Below are positions 1-9,434 of a stretch of DNA of 64,000 nt, piece by piece. Positions within the stretch are counted from its first letter, which is position 1. Every line of letters starts with the position of its first letter. A model generated the notes under the pieces. It did no database searches. It worked only from the letters and a program-made list of their open reading frames with translations, and was not told the origin of the DNA. Origin of the DNA: Methanomicrobia archaeon (lineage in GTDB: Archaea; Methanobacteriota_B; Thermococci; Methanofastidiosales; NM3); NCBI GenBank assembly GCA_030603445.1, contig JAUVXU010000008.1, positions 16,770 to 80,769 of the forward strand, read 5' to 3'. Both the position numbers and the translations under genes were made by a program.

Positions 1-1
1 A

Positions 2-679
2 TCCATAATAAATTCCAGAATTAGCTGCAATTTCAGTAAGCTTTATCCATCCCTCTTCCCATCCATAATTCTGAAGTATTATTTCATAAATACGGGTGTT
101 AGACGTCGTGTCCGGTGCATTGCCAATCCCAATAATAGGCGGATCCTTAAAATAAATTGGATCTGCAAGATCATCCCATGTCTCTGGTTTGACCAAACCA
201 TAAAAATCTAGGACTTTATGATTAACTGTGAAACCAAAAGATGATATGGCAGCAGCAACCCACGCGGGATCGTCCCCATATTCAGATATATATCGTTTCA
301 TAGGGGCGCCGCCAATCGTATCTTCTATTTCTGATAGGATGTCGCCAAGTGTTTCCTCTGAAAGGGGCATAAGATATCCTAGGTCTGCAAGCTGATCAAA
401 AAGTGTGGGGCCTCCCCCCCATGCAACATCTATTCCTCCATTATCTATTGCCGTAGGCCATAGGCCTGGAACAGGTTGCATATATCGTATCTTAGTTATA
501 CCTGCTTCAACAGCGTATGTTGAATCCAAAAATGGATTCTCAAACACTTCTTGAATTGACGTATCATGGCGAGTGATAATTGTCAATGTTATTCCTTCTG
601 CTTCATCGTCTCCACCCAAACATCCTGAAGAGAAAAGAATCATGATTACCAAAGCTATGCTAATAATAAATTTCTTCAT
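2..679 (-). CDS. ABC transporter substrate-binding lipoprotein (Fe3+/thiamine-type family), runs off the window edge
   Basis: Not in the ORF track. Hand translation from ATG at 679 gives MKKFIISIALVIMILFSSGCLGGDD (lipobox SGC) ...LTIITRHD...DVAWGGGPTLF...SSFGFTVN...PETWDDLADP, open to position 2. Confidence 0.85.
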   Translation of the reverse strand, partial: MKKFIISIALVIMILFSSGCLGGDDEAEGITLTIITRHDTSIQEVFENPFLDSTYAVEAGITKIRYMQPVPGLWPTAIDNGGIDVAWGGGPTLFDQLADLGYLMPLSEETLGDILSEIEDTIGGAPMKRYISEYGDDPAWVAAAISSFGFTVNHKVLDFYGLVKPETWDDLADPIYFKDPPIIGIGNAPDTTSNTRIYEIILQNYGWEEGWIKLTEIAANSGIYYG

Positions 680-864
680 AGAGTTGTTATTATTATACCA
701 AATAATATGTGCCAACTTGTTCATTGAAAAACACCATAATTCCATTTTATGGAAAGTATATATACTTTTTGATTTAAACCAAAGAAAAATTTATATAACG
801 TTTTGTCAAACTATAATATGGGATGTTACATCTTTGTGTAAATATCTCAAAGGGGTGAAAATGA

Positions 865-1848
865 TTGAATAAAAAAAACTTAGCATCATTGTTCGTTCTT
901 TTTGCTTTGCTATTTTCAATGGTCGCAGCAGCAAGCGCTGAAGATACAACACCAGCAAAGGTTGTTATAGACGCAGCGCATGATACCCGACACGCGGGGG
1001 ACCTTGAAGATTTGCCGGCATTGCTTGAAGAGTGGGGTTATACTGTAGAAGTGGTAACTGATGAGATAACAGCCGATGTTCTCTCGGGTGCAAAGATACT
1101 TCTTGTTCCTGTGCCACAAGGTATTCCATACTCTCAAGACGAACTAAACGCAGTTAAAGCATGGTTTGATGAAGGTAATGTAGCCATATGGGTAGCTGGT
1201 GACAGCGACTATGACGGACCAGAAATTATTCCAGCAACTAACGCCATCCTAACTAAAATAGGATCTAACATCATGATTGAGAACGCAAGCATTGAAGAAC
1301 CAACTGAAGATTACAATGATGGTTCAGCCTACAGGGTAGTCGCGTCGAACTGGAACGCAGAGTTGTCAATTTCAACTGGTGTGTTAAAAGAAGTTTTCCA
1401 CGGTCCAACATTTTTATATGGGCTTGATGATGGTACGCCTGTTAATCTAACAACAGAGAGCATCAAAAATGTGAACTGGGTAGCCAAGACCAGTGAGGAA
1501 GCTGTTGTAGTGGTCCATCACCTTACACTGATTAAAACACCAGGAATTGAAGACGGTTCAAAAGGACAGTTTGTGATGATGGCAGTTCAGGAGAAAGCAG
1601 GTGCTAACAAATCATCCAAGATCGTGGTTTCTACAGAAACACTATTTTGTTCATACAAGAACATGAACAAGGATGGACCTTCAGAAAAAGGAAATCATGA
1701 GATTCAGGGAGAAACTCTTCTAAAGAATACTCTTGAATGGATGCAACTAGAATCTGAAGAAGGATCAAACACAATGCTTTATGCGGGGATCGTGATACTT
1801 GTATTAATCGTCCTTGGTGCGGCATCGTTCATGATGAAAAAGAAGTAA
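865..1848 (+). CDS. Secreted protein with C-terminal membrane anchor (GldG/DUF4350-like alpha/beta domain)
   Basis: TTG start after GGGGTGA; signal peptide; VVIDAAH motif; C-terminal TM followed by KKK; T-rich terminator after. Confidence 0.7.
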   Translation: MNKKNLASLFVLFALLFSMVAAASAEDTTPAKVVIDAAHDTRHAGDLEDLPALLEEWGYTVEVVTDEITADVLSGAKILLVPVPQGIPYSQDELNAVKAWFDEGNVAIWVAGDSDYDGPEIIPATNAILTKIGSNIMIENASIEEPTEDYNDGSAYRVVASNWNAELSISTGVLKEVFHGPTFLYGLDDGTPVNLTTESIKNVNWVAKTSEEAVVVVHHLTLIKTPGIEDGSKGQFVMMAVQEKAGANKSSKIVVSTETLFCSYKNMNKDGPSEKGNHEIQGETLLKNTLEWMQLESEEGSNTMLYAGIVILVLIVLGAASFMMKKK

Positions 1849-1967
1849 ACAACCTCTCTTCTTTTATTTTTTATTTTATATTTTTACTTTTTTTCGACCA
1901 TTTTTGTATAAATTGAACTAATAAAAAATAATGCCAAAATTAAATAACAAAAACGTATGGTGAGGGT

Positions 1968-2336
1968 ATGCAACTTGAGACAATCCTACAAAATATTACA
2001 AATGATAAAATAGAGAAGATATATGGGGCAGTAGATGGTAAAAGAACGCCAATAGAAGGCATTGCAACATTAGAAGAGATAAAAAGCATACTTATCGTTT
2101 TTGAGAATGAATATAGGAAAAAAAACGTTGGCACTTCACTTCACAGATCTTATGTGTCCCTAATAAACAAACTAAAGCTGATATTTCCACAGTTGGATAG
2201 GATTGTAAGAGAGCTTCATGAAGGGAAAAATCCAAAAACCACAGGTGCTGATGCGCGTAATATTGTATCCAATTTTCACCTGTTAATAAACAGTTTGAAA
2301 GAAGTGGCAAGATCTATTGATAAAAACACTAAATAG
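1968..2336 (+). CDS. Hypothetical helical protein
   Basis: 122-aa ORF with GGTGAGG SD and AT-rich flanks; no recognisable motif. Confidence 0.6.
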   Translation: MQLETILQNITNDKIEKIYGAVDGKRTPIEGIATLEEIKSILIVFENEYRKKNVGTSLHRSYVSLINKLKLIFPQLDRIVRELHEGKNPKTTGADARNIVSNFHLLINSLKEVARSIDKNTK

Positions 2337-2484
2337 TTTTTATGAATTATAATTTTTCAACAAACAATATTGTACAATGATATATAATATTGTAATAATA
2401 TTCTATTAATATAGCCATATTCCATTGAAACTACTCTATCCAACATAAACATAATAAATTCATATAGAGTAGGAGTAATTACAT

Positions 2485-3525
2485 ATGAAAAAGAAGACAA
2501 AAATAATATGTCTGCCCTTTCTTATTTTCGCTTTTATGGCGCTAGCCATGCCAATGCTGTATGCAGAAAGCGGAAACATCACGGCCACAGCACAGATAAA
2601 CCCTATTGCACCAGGTATCAATAGCATTGCTATTCTTGACACCAATCATGATGTATGCACAACTTTGGATGTTAACAAAGAGTACTTTCTCAAAGTATCA
2701 ATAATAGAGAAGAATGGCATGCAAGACATAAATTCTATTACAGCTAATATATATTATGCAAAAGACGGCATGTTCCAACCTGCTGGAATCGACAAGCGAT
2801 CAAATTATGTATTTGTTTGGAACAATTCTCAGTCTGGAGGCACATGGGGCTGCACACCAGGCGGCTATCTCAATGAGGCAGCTTGTACTTATGAGATAGA
2901 ATCTCCGTATATAACATCTTTTTTCTTTGTATTCAAGTTAGACAAGACAGCTATGCCTTCTGGACAACAAAAAACATGGAAAGCAGTTGTGAATATTATA
3001 GATACGGCATCTTTGAATTCTACAAGTGAATCATTTCTCTTTGATGTAAATGATTATATAGAATGGTCTGGAATCCCGGCAGAAGTGAATCTAACAACCA
3101 CAGGTTTAGATCCTGAAAGCACATGGGATCTCACATCCCCCATTTCAATTAATGCAACTGTAATATCAAATACAGAAGTAACTACCTGTTTTCAGGCAAG
3201 TAACTTGCAATTAGGATCATCCCTCATTGAAGCAGACAATTACTTTATAATACAGGCCACGAGCATCCTAACTGGTGGAACCATCGTCAACGATTATTTA
3301 ATTGCACATCCTGTGCCAATGACTAAAACAGCTATCTACATAGGCGTTTATGATACTCAATGCCTCCTAGACCCTTCTGTAAAAGGATATTCAGAAGGAA
3401 ATATCCCTCTAATCTCATTTATTGTAGACGCAGCAGAAGGAAAATTAGTGCCAAATATCCCTGCCGGGACCTACGTAGCTACATGGACATTTAGTTTAGA
3501 AAGGGGAGAAGGAGCCACTGCTTAA
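2485..3525 (+). CDS. Secreted beta-rich surface protein with WxL-like C-terminus
   Basis: AGGAG SD; signal peptide; Thr/Ser/Asn-rich; ends PAGTYVATWTFSL. Confidence 0.65.
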   Translation: MKKKTKIICLPFLIFAFMALAMPMLYAESGNITATAQINPIAPGINSIAILDTNHDVCTTLDVNKEYFLKVSIIEKNGMQDINSITANIYYAKDGMFQPAGIDKRSNYVFVWNNSQSGGTWGCTPGGYLNEAACTYEIESPYITSFFFVFKLDKTAMPSGQQKTWKAVVNIIDTASLNSTSESFLFDVNDYIEWSGIPAEVNLTTTGLDPESTWDLTSPISINATVISNTEVTTCFQASNLQLGSSLIEADNYFIIQATSILTGGTIVNDYLIAHPVPMTKTAIYIGVYDTQCLLDPSVKGYSEGNIPLISFIVDAAEGKLVPNIPAGTYVATWTFSLERGEGATA

Positions 3526-3549
3526 AAATACTATCTATGGAGCACTTAT

Positions 3550-4467
3550 ATGAAATATAAGTATCTGATAATACATTGCACTATTTTTTTTATAATGATG
3601 CAATGTGCTATGGCCCAAGCCGATATAGGTTTAGGGATATCTGGCAACAATCAAGCTCTTGTCATAGAATCATTCCCTTTTACATATTCTAACTCAATAA
3701 GTATCCACAATGCTGGCGACGAAAAAAGCATATATTGTGTTAAAATTGTAGGCGAATACACAGATATAGTGGGATGGATTGACGTTAATCCTAAAATTAT
3801 GGTAATAGAACCAGGGGGTTATGCCAACGTACAATACAGCGTTTATGCAGAGGAAGGGTATACAGGAACGTATATTACTTATCTGGAAATCACTGCTTAT
3901 AAAGAAAGTGTTAAGAGCGCTACGCTGCAAGAAACTCCAATGTCATATGTACAATCAAGCGGGATAATCCGTATATCTATTGAAGTAAGTGAGGAAGCAG
4001 GATTAAACTCAATGGGAATTCAACATCCGTCGCTTAACTATGAAGAGATGCCATCTGGGCCCTTTAAACTAGTGGTGGAGAATATAGAATCATGCTCTTC
4101 TGGAGTATCTATTGAAACATTCGATCGCCCATTATATATTGACATTCCCCATCAAGTGATAAAAAACAAACTAATTCCTTTATCAGGAGGATATATCGGA
4201 GAAGGGGAACCTGAAAGCATGAAAATTATCCTCAATGCCCCAAGCGGAGAAACGTATACTCTCGCCCCATCCACATCATTTATCTTCAACGAGGAAGGCA
4301 CGTGGCATGCTATACTCGTTTTAGGAAATCAGCCGATTATAGGGAAAGCAATAGAAGTCCTCCCCGAAAAAAGAGGGATATGGCCATACGTGGGAAAGAG
4401 TTCTTTAATAGCCATATCACTTTTTGCAGCAATTATGTGTATTAAAAAATATCATTTGCCTCATTAG
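3550..4467 (+). CDS. Secreted Ig-like protein with C-terminal TM anchor
   Basis: Signal peptide; IHNAGD...WIDVNP..IEPG pattern; C-terminal hydrophobic helix plus KK. Confidence 0.65.
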   Translation: MKYKYLIIHCTIFFIMMQCAMAQADIGLGISGNNQALVIESFPFTYSNSISIHNAGDEKSIYCVKIVGEYTDIVGWIDVNPKIMVIEPGGYANVQYSVYAEEGYTGTYITYLEITAYKESVKSATLQETPMSYVQSSGIIRISIEVSEEAGLNSMGIQHPSLNYEEMPSGPFKLVVENIESCSSGVSIETFDRPLYIDIPHQVIKNKLIPLSGGYIGEGEPESMKIILNAPSGETYTLAPSTSFIFNEEGTWHAILVLGNQPIIGKAIEVLPEKRGIWPYVGKSSLIAISLFAAIMCIKKYHLPH

Positions 4468-4564
4468 TAGGCGCGATATCATAAAATATTCAATCAATCA
4501 AAAAGGTTTATATATTCTTATAAAGGGACTATATATATCAGTTATACGGCTTGGAGGATATTAT

Positions 4565-5635
4565 ATGGTAATTGTCCGTCTCAAAGAAGTGACAAAGAAA
4601 TTTTCTGACGTAATTGCTGTTAATAATGTAACATTAGAAATAAATGATGGGGAACTATTTACTCTCTTAGGTCCAAGTGGTTGTGGCAAAACTACATTGC
4701 TAAGATCAATTGCAGGATTCTATTTAGCTGAAGATGGAAAAATATTCTTTGACGATCTTGATGTTACAAATATACCCCCTAATTTGAGGGAAACCGGGAT
4801 GGTATTTCAAAATTATGCCCTTTGGCCACACATGTCCGTTTTTGATAACGTAGCCTATGGCCTTAAAATACGTAAAATGGAAAAAACTGAAATCGAAAAG
4901 AAAGTAAATGAGATACTTGAACTTGTAAAACTTGAAGGCATGGCAAAACGTTACCCTTACCAACTTTCAGGGGGGCAGCAGCAGCGTGTTGCTCTGGCCC
5001 GTGCCCTTGTAATAGAACCTAAAGTGTTGTTATTAGACGAGCCCCTCTCAAATCTCGATGCAAAACTAAGAATAGAGATGAGAAATGAGATATCCCGCAT
5101 ACAAAAACGGCTTGGTATAACTACTATCTACGTAACCCACGACCAGGAAGAAGCATTGGCTATATCAGACAGGTTAAGTATAATGGATAGGGGAATATTA
5201 CAACAAATAGGTACACCCCATGAGATTTACTCCTTGCCCAAGAATCTATTTGTAGCAGACTTCGTTGGTGAATGCAACATCATCAAAGGAAAAATAACGT
5301 CTGTAGGAAAATACATAGAACTTGAAACAGATTCAGGGGCTAAGCTTACCGGTATTGCAGAAGAGTACAGAAGAGACGAATATAAGGTGGGCGATGAAGC
5401 ATATGCAACAATACGCCCAGAGAACTTTGAACTTGTAAATACAACGAAAAAAGACAATCACGTTACAGGCTATGTAAAGTATACACAGTACTTCGGTAAG
5501 ATTAACAGGCTTTTTATTGATGCCCTAAACATGCATATAATGGTCGATGCAGATCCTATAAAGACGCGTGATGTCGCGCATAAAAACATCGATATATACG
5601 CAACTCCAGAATCAACTCTCATCCTTCCTAAATGA
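4565..5635 (+). CDS. ABC transporter ATP-binding protein (PotA/FbpC-like, TOBE C-terminus)
   Basis: GPSGCGKTT, LSGGQQQR, LLLDEP, YVTHDQ. Start moved to ATG 4565 after GGAGG. Confidence 0.95.
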   Translation: MVIVRLKEVTKKFSDVIAVNNVTLEINDGELFTLLGPSGCGKTTLLRSIAGFYLAEDGKIFFDDLDVTNIPPNLRETGMVFQNYALWPHMSVFDNVAYGLKIRKMEKTEIEKKVNEILELVKLEGMAKRYPYQLSGGQQQRVALARALVIEPKVLLLDEPLSNLDAKLRIEMRNEISRIQKRLGITTIYVTHDQEEALAISDRLSIMDRGILQQIGTPHEIYSLPKNLFVADFVGECNIIKGKITSVGKYIELETDSGAKLTGIAEEYRRDEYKVGDEAYATIRPENFELVNTTKKDNHVTGYVKYTQYFGKINRLFIDALNMHIMVDADPIKTRDVAHKNIDIYATPESTLILPK

Positions 5636-6868
5636 TGAACAAGTGCATTCTTGTTTTACCTGCACTATCGTCCATGGCATTACATTTTTTTCAACAATTA
5701 CTCCTGGGCCAATTCCACAATCATTGCCTATTTTTCTTCCCTCATATATTGTAACATTGATGCCTGTTTTTGTGTTATCCCCAATAATAACGCCCAACTT
5801 ACGTCTGCCTGAAGAGATGACCTTACCACGTATCTCCATCTTCACGGGATCCTTCTTGTGGCGAAGATTAGCAATAAGAGTGCCAGCGCCAATGTTACAG
5901 TTTGAACCTATCACCGAATCTCCCACATATGATAAATGCGCAGCGTTCGTGTTATCAAACAACACGGAGTTCTTTATCTCTGTGGCATTGCCTATATGGC
6001 AGTTGTTCCCCACTGTAGTAAATGGCCTTATGAAACAGTTTGGGCCTATATCGCAGTGCTCTCCTATTCGTACTGGCCCTATTATATAAGCGCCATTGCG
6101 AATTATAGTTCCCTTTCCAACATGGATATTGCCTGAGTATGTTACATTCTTCTCAATAACGCCTTCAATACGTTCTTCTTGATTTTTAACCATATACTCA
6201 TTTACATCAAGTAATGACCAAGGGTAACCTATGTCATTCCAATACCCCGAATACTTCACTACGGCGAAATCCTCTTTTTGCATCAGTATAGAGTCTGTAA
6301 GTTCATACTCGCCACGTACAGAAAGAGGGGTGTCCCTTATTGCAGAAAAAATATTTGGTTTAAATACATATACTCCTATGTTGACCAATGATTTTTTGGA
6401 CAATCCTGTTTTCTCAAAAATGTTATCAAGTTTTCCATGCCTTTCCACAACTGAACCATAACTTCCATCATTGTCCATATTCTTTACGGATATTACCTGG
6501 TTCCCTGTTTTTTTGAATACCTCTATTGCATTTTTTATGCAATCCCTCTCCACAAAAACATCGCCATTTAAGCATACAAATGGTTCTTTTATATCTTGGG
6601 CAGACATTACTGCTGTAGCAGTGCCATTCACATCCTTTTGGACTACGTAACGTACATGCAAGCCTGGGTGAAACTGAGTAACGTAATCCCTTATCATGTC
6701 TTGTTTATAATTTATAACAAAGACAAATTCATCAACCATTCCTTCAAGTGACATGATGACATGCTCTATTAAAGGTATGTTTCCAAGGGGGATTAATGCT
6801 TTTGGCCTTGTGTTTGTAATAGGATGAAGCCTTTCACCCTTTCCCGCCATAAGAATAACAGCTTTCAT
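5612..6868 (-). CDS. glmU: Bifunctional sugar-1-phosphate nucleotidylyltransferase/acetyltransferase (archaeal GlmU)
   Basis: LMAGKGERLHPITNTRPK; hexapeptide LbH repeats; HLSYVGDS; next to glmM. Confidence 0.9.
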   Translation of the reverse strand: MKAVILMAGKGERLHPITNTRPKALIPLGNIPLIEHVIMSLEGMVDEFVFVINYKQDMIRDYVTQFHPGLHVRYVVQKDVNGTATAVMSAQDIKEPFVCLNGDVFVERDCIKNAIEVFKKTGNQVISVKNMDNDGSYGSVVERHGKLDNIFEKTGLSKKSLVNIGVYVFKPNIFSAIRDTPLSVRGEYELTDSILMQKEDFAVVKYSGYWNDIGYPWSLLDVNEYMVKNQEERIEGVIEKNVTYSGNIHVGKGTIIRNGAYIIGPVRIGEHCDIGPNCFIRPFTTVGNNCHIGNATEIKNSVLFDNTNAAHLSYVGDSVIGSNCNIGAGTLIANLRHKKDPVKMEIRGKVISSGRRKLGVIIGDNTKTGINVTIYEGRKIGNDCGIGPGVIVEKNVMPWTIVQVKQECTCSSFRKDES

Positions 6869-8199
6869 AGTAACGCACTGACCTTTTTTCTTGCTAAAAC
6901 TAATAATTCTTTCGCCCTTTCTCTAGAACATGCCTCAACGGTTATTCTAAATGCCGGTTCTGTACCAGAGAAACGATAAAGAACCCAAGAATCTCCATAG
7001 TCCATACGTATGCCATCAATTGTAAGCATAGACTCATGCTCTTCACTATACAAACTCTCAGAAAGTCTTACTTCAAACGCTTCTCTATCAATATCCCCCA
7101 TAGTTATCTTATCTCGTAGTGTCACAAGTGGTGGGACGTTCTTACGCTCTTTGGAAAGTATGATGCCAGAATCCTTCATTTCAAGCAGTTTAACTGCAGA
7201 CAACACGCCATCTGGAGTAAGCCAATGCGAAGGAAATATCCAAGTGCCGCTAGGTTCTCCACCAAAAATAGCCTTATGGCCAACAACATCCCTAGCCAAT
7301 GCCACATCGCCCACGCAACTACGAACTACTTTTCCTCCAAAAGATTCGACATATTTATCTATGCACATAGATGCATCAACAGTTGTTACAATTATTGGAT
7401 GTGCTTTCTTTGAAATGCTGCATTCGAATCCTGCGATGAGTGAAAGTAAAATATCGTAGTCTATGTACTTGCCTTCTTCATCTATTGCACCTATCCTGTC
7501 CGCATCCCCATCATTTGCAATCCCGATGTCGCAATTAAATGACGAAACGGCATGCGATAAACTTTGGAGATTTACGCAGCTAGGTTCTAGGCCTCGAGAA
7601 AAAAATCCTGTCGGTTGACAATTTAATGAAAAGACCTGCATTCCCAAACGCTCGAGTAAATAAGGTGTAATAACACTTCCAGCGCCGCCGCCACAATCAA
7701 CAGCAACACGATAGGAACCATCGAATGAAACTGTGTTAATTATTTTATCAATATGTAGATTTATAGAGGGCCGTTTGATTATATCGCCCATAGATTTCCA
7801 TGATGAATTAGAATAAGCGCCTGTTGAAATTATTTGCTCTATTTGTTCTTCTAAAGAAAAATAAGCAACCCCATCCTTATCCCATATCTTCATGCCATTA
7901 TATTCTGGGGGATTGTGTGAAGCAGTGATTATAATTCCTGCATTGCACCCGTATTCGCGAATAGCTACACCCAAAGTAGGTGTCGGTGCTAATCCAATAT
8001 CATAGACAGTATTGCCTTGTGAAACGATCCCTGCAATCAAGGAGTTTTTAAGGCTTGGTCCTGAAGTACGAGAATCCATCCCTACAGCCACCGAACCATC
8101 TAGAAGAGTTCCAATAGCTTTTCCAACGTTAAGTGCCAAACTCTCAGTGATCTCTTGTCCGTATAAACCACGAATTCCGGATGTTCCAAAAAGTTTCAT
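6865..8199 (-). CDS. glmM: Phosphoglucosamine mutase
   Basis: LFGTSGIRG, TASHNPPEYNG, DGDADR, GGEPSG, RFSGTEP. Start placed at MKLFG. Confidence 0.9.
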   Translation of the reverse strand: MKLFGTSGIRGLYGQEITESLALNVGKAIGTLLDGSVAVGMDSRTSGPSLKNSLIAGIVSQGNTVYDIGLAPTPTLGVAIREYGCNAGIIITASHNPPEYNGMKIWDKDGVAYFSLEEQIEQIISTGAYSNSSWKSMGDIIKRPSINLHIDKIINTVSFDGSYRVAVDCGGGAGSVITPYLLERLGMQVFSLNCQPTGFFSRGLEPSCVNLQSLSHAVSSFNCDIGIANDGDADRIGAIDEEGKYIDYDILLSLIAGFECSISKKAHPIIVTTVDASMCIDKYVESFGGKVVRSCVGDVALARDVVGHKAIFGGEPSGTWIFPSHWLTPDGVLSAVKLLEMKDSGIILSKERKNVPPLVTLRDKITMGDIDREAFEVRLSESLYSEEHESMLTIDGIRMDYGDSWVLYRFSGTEPAFRITVEACSRERAKELLVLARKKVSALL

Positions 8200-8290
8200 G
8201 TTATCATTTTTCGTATCATGTATGAAAAATATATACTTTTCCACTACAATCCCCATAAAATTTTAAAGCAATGCTCAAAGACAATATATA

Positions 8291-9388
8291 ATGGCAAGGG
8301 ATTTGAAAAAGAGAATACTCATATTTGTTATTGCATACCTAATAATGTCAACCATCTTAGCATACTACTTTAGAGAAGATAGCTTAAACTCCATAAATGA
8401 AACAATAGAATCCAATGGCAAGAAGGTCAATATAAAAGTTTTCTTTTCAGAGAATGAAGAAATTTGGGCTCAAGAAACCCTGGCCTTAGCAAGTGGCACT
8501 ATAGAATCATTGATAAAAGGGTATGATAAAAATTCTCCCCATAATACAATATCGATTTATGCTTCGTCACTTGATAAAACAAACAACTATCCCTTTAAGC
8601 TAGAATACTCCTCCGATCGCTTAACCATGGCAAAAGATTACCCTATAAATCCTGTTGTATGGGGAATATCCCAAATGTGGCTAAAAGATGGAAATACTCG
8701 CCTTCCGGATTGGATAGTACATGGTCAATCTGCATATATAACATACTGGGCGCTTGATGATGCAGGATTCTCACAAGATGCATGCTTATTCAAAGAAATG
8801 CTTGCAACAAATGCTAAAGGATTTGAGGATATATTTGCATTAGATGAATACGTTCTACCAAAAAATGCAGATGAGAAAGAAGTACATTATTTATTTTATG
8901 AATCTTTTCAAGTCTTTGAATCCCTTTATCAACAAACATCACTTGCCACCATGGCCTCTATCACAAAAGATGTGATGTCTTCTCAAAACACACAATGGGA
9001 TACAACCCGTTACATATCATTTGTCAATGAACATGCCGAGATAGATGTTGAAGCCATATTTTCACCTGTCTTTTTAGGAGATGTTAGCCATAAGATTTCA
9101 ACATGGAAACTTTATCACTACTTGGAACTTGCTGGTGCGGCAATTGTAGTTTTGCTTATATTCATATGGGCCTTCTGGAACAAGATAAAACAAAGACTAT
9201 CATTTTTAGCCATACTAAAGGAAAGAAATCCCATGAAAAGAGAACTAATAAAAAAGTATAGGACAAAGGAACGCATACTTATGGAGCTAGAAAGTTACTT
9301 TAAAATGAGAATACCTGAAGATCAGTTCGACTTATTCGTCAAAAGGTTCTACTATGAAAAACATACAAAAGACCAGGAACAATCATAA
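8291..9388 (+). CDS. Membrane-anchored protein with a degenerate peptidase MA (gluzincin)-like domain
   Basis: N- and C-terminal TMs; PDWIVHGQSAY resembles PxWxxEGxAxY, but there is no HExxH. Confidence 0.55.
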   Translation: MARDLKKRILIFVIAYLIMSTILAYYFREDSLNSINETIESNGKKVNIKVFFSENEEIWAQETLALASGTIESLIKGYDKNSPHNTISIYASSLDKTNNYPFKLEYSSDRLTMAKDYPINPVVWGISQMWLKDGNTRLPDWIVHGQSAYITYWALDDAGFSQDACLFKEMLATNAKGFEDIFALDEYVLPKNADEKEVHYLFYESFQVFESLYQQTSLATMASITKDVMSSQNTQWDTTRYISFVNEHAEIDVEAIFSPVFLGDVSHKISTWKLYHYLELAGAAIVVLLIFIWAFWNKIKQRLSFLAILKERNPMKRELIKKYRTKERILMELESYFKMRIPEDQFDLFVKRFYYEKHTKDQEQS

Positions 9389-9434
9389 CGATATATTTTT
9401 AAACTAATTTATATTATTTTAGGGTACGATATAT

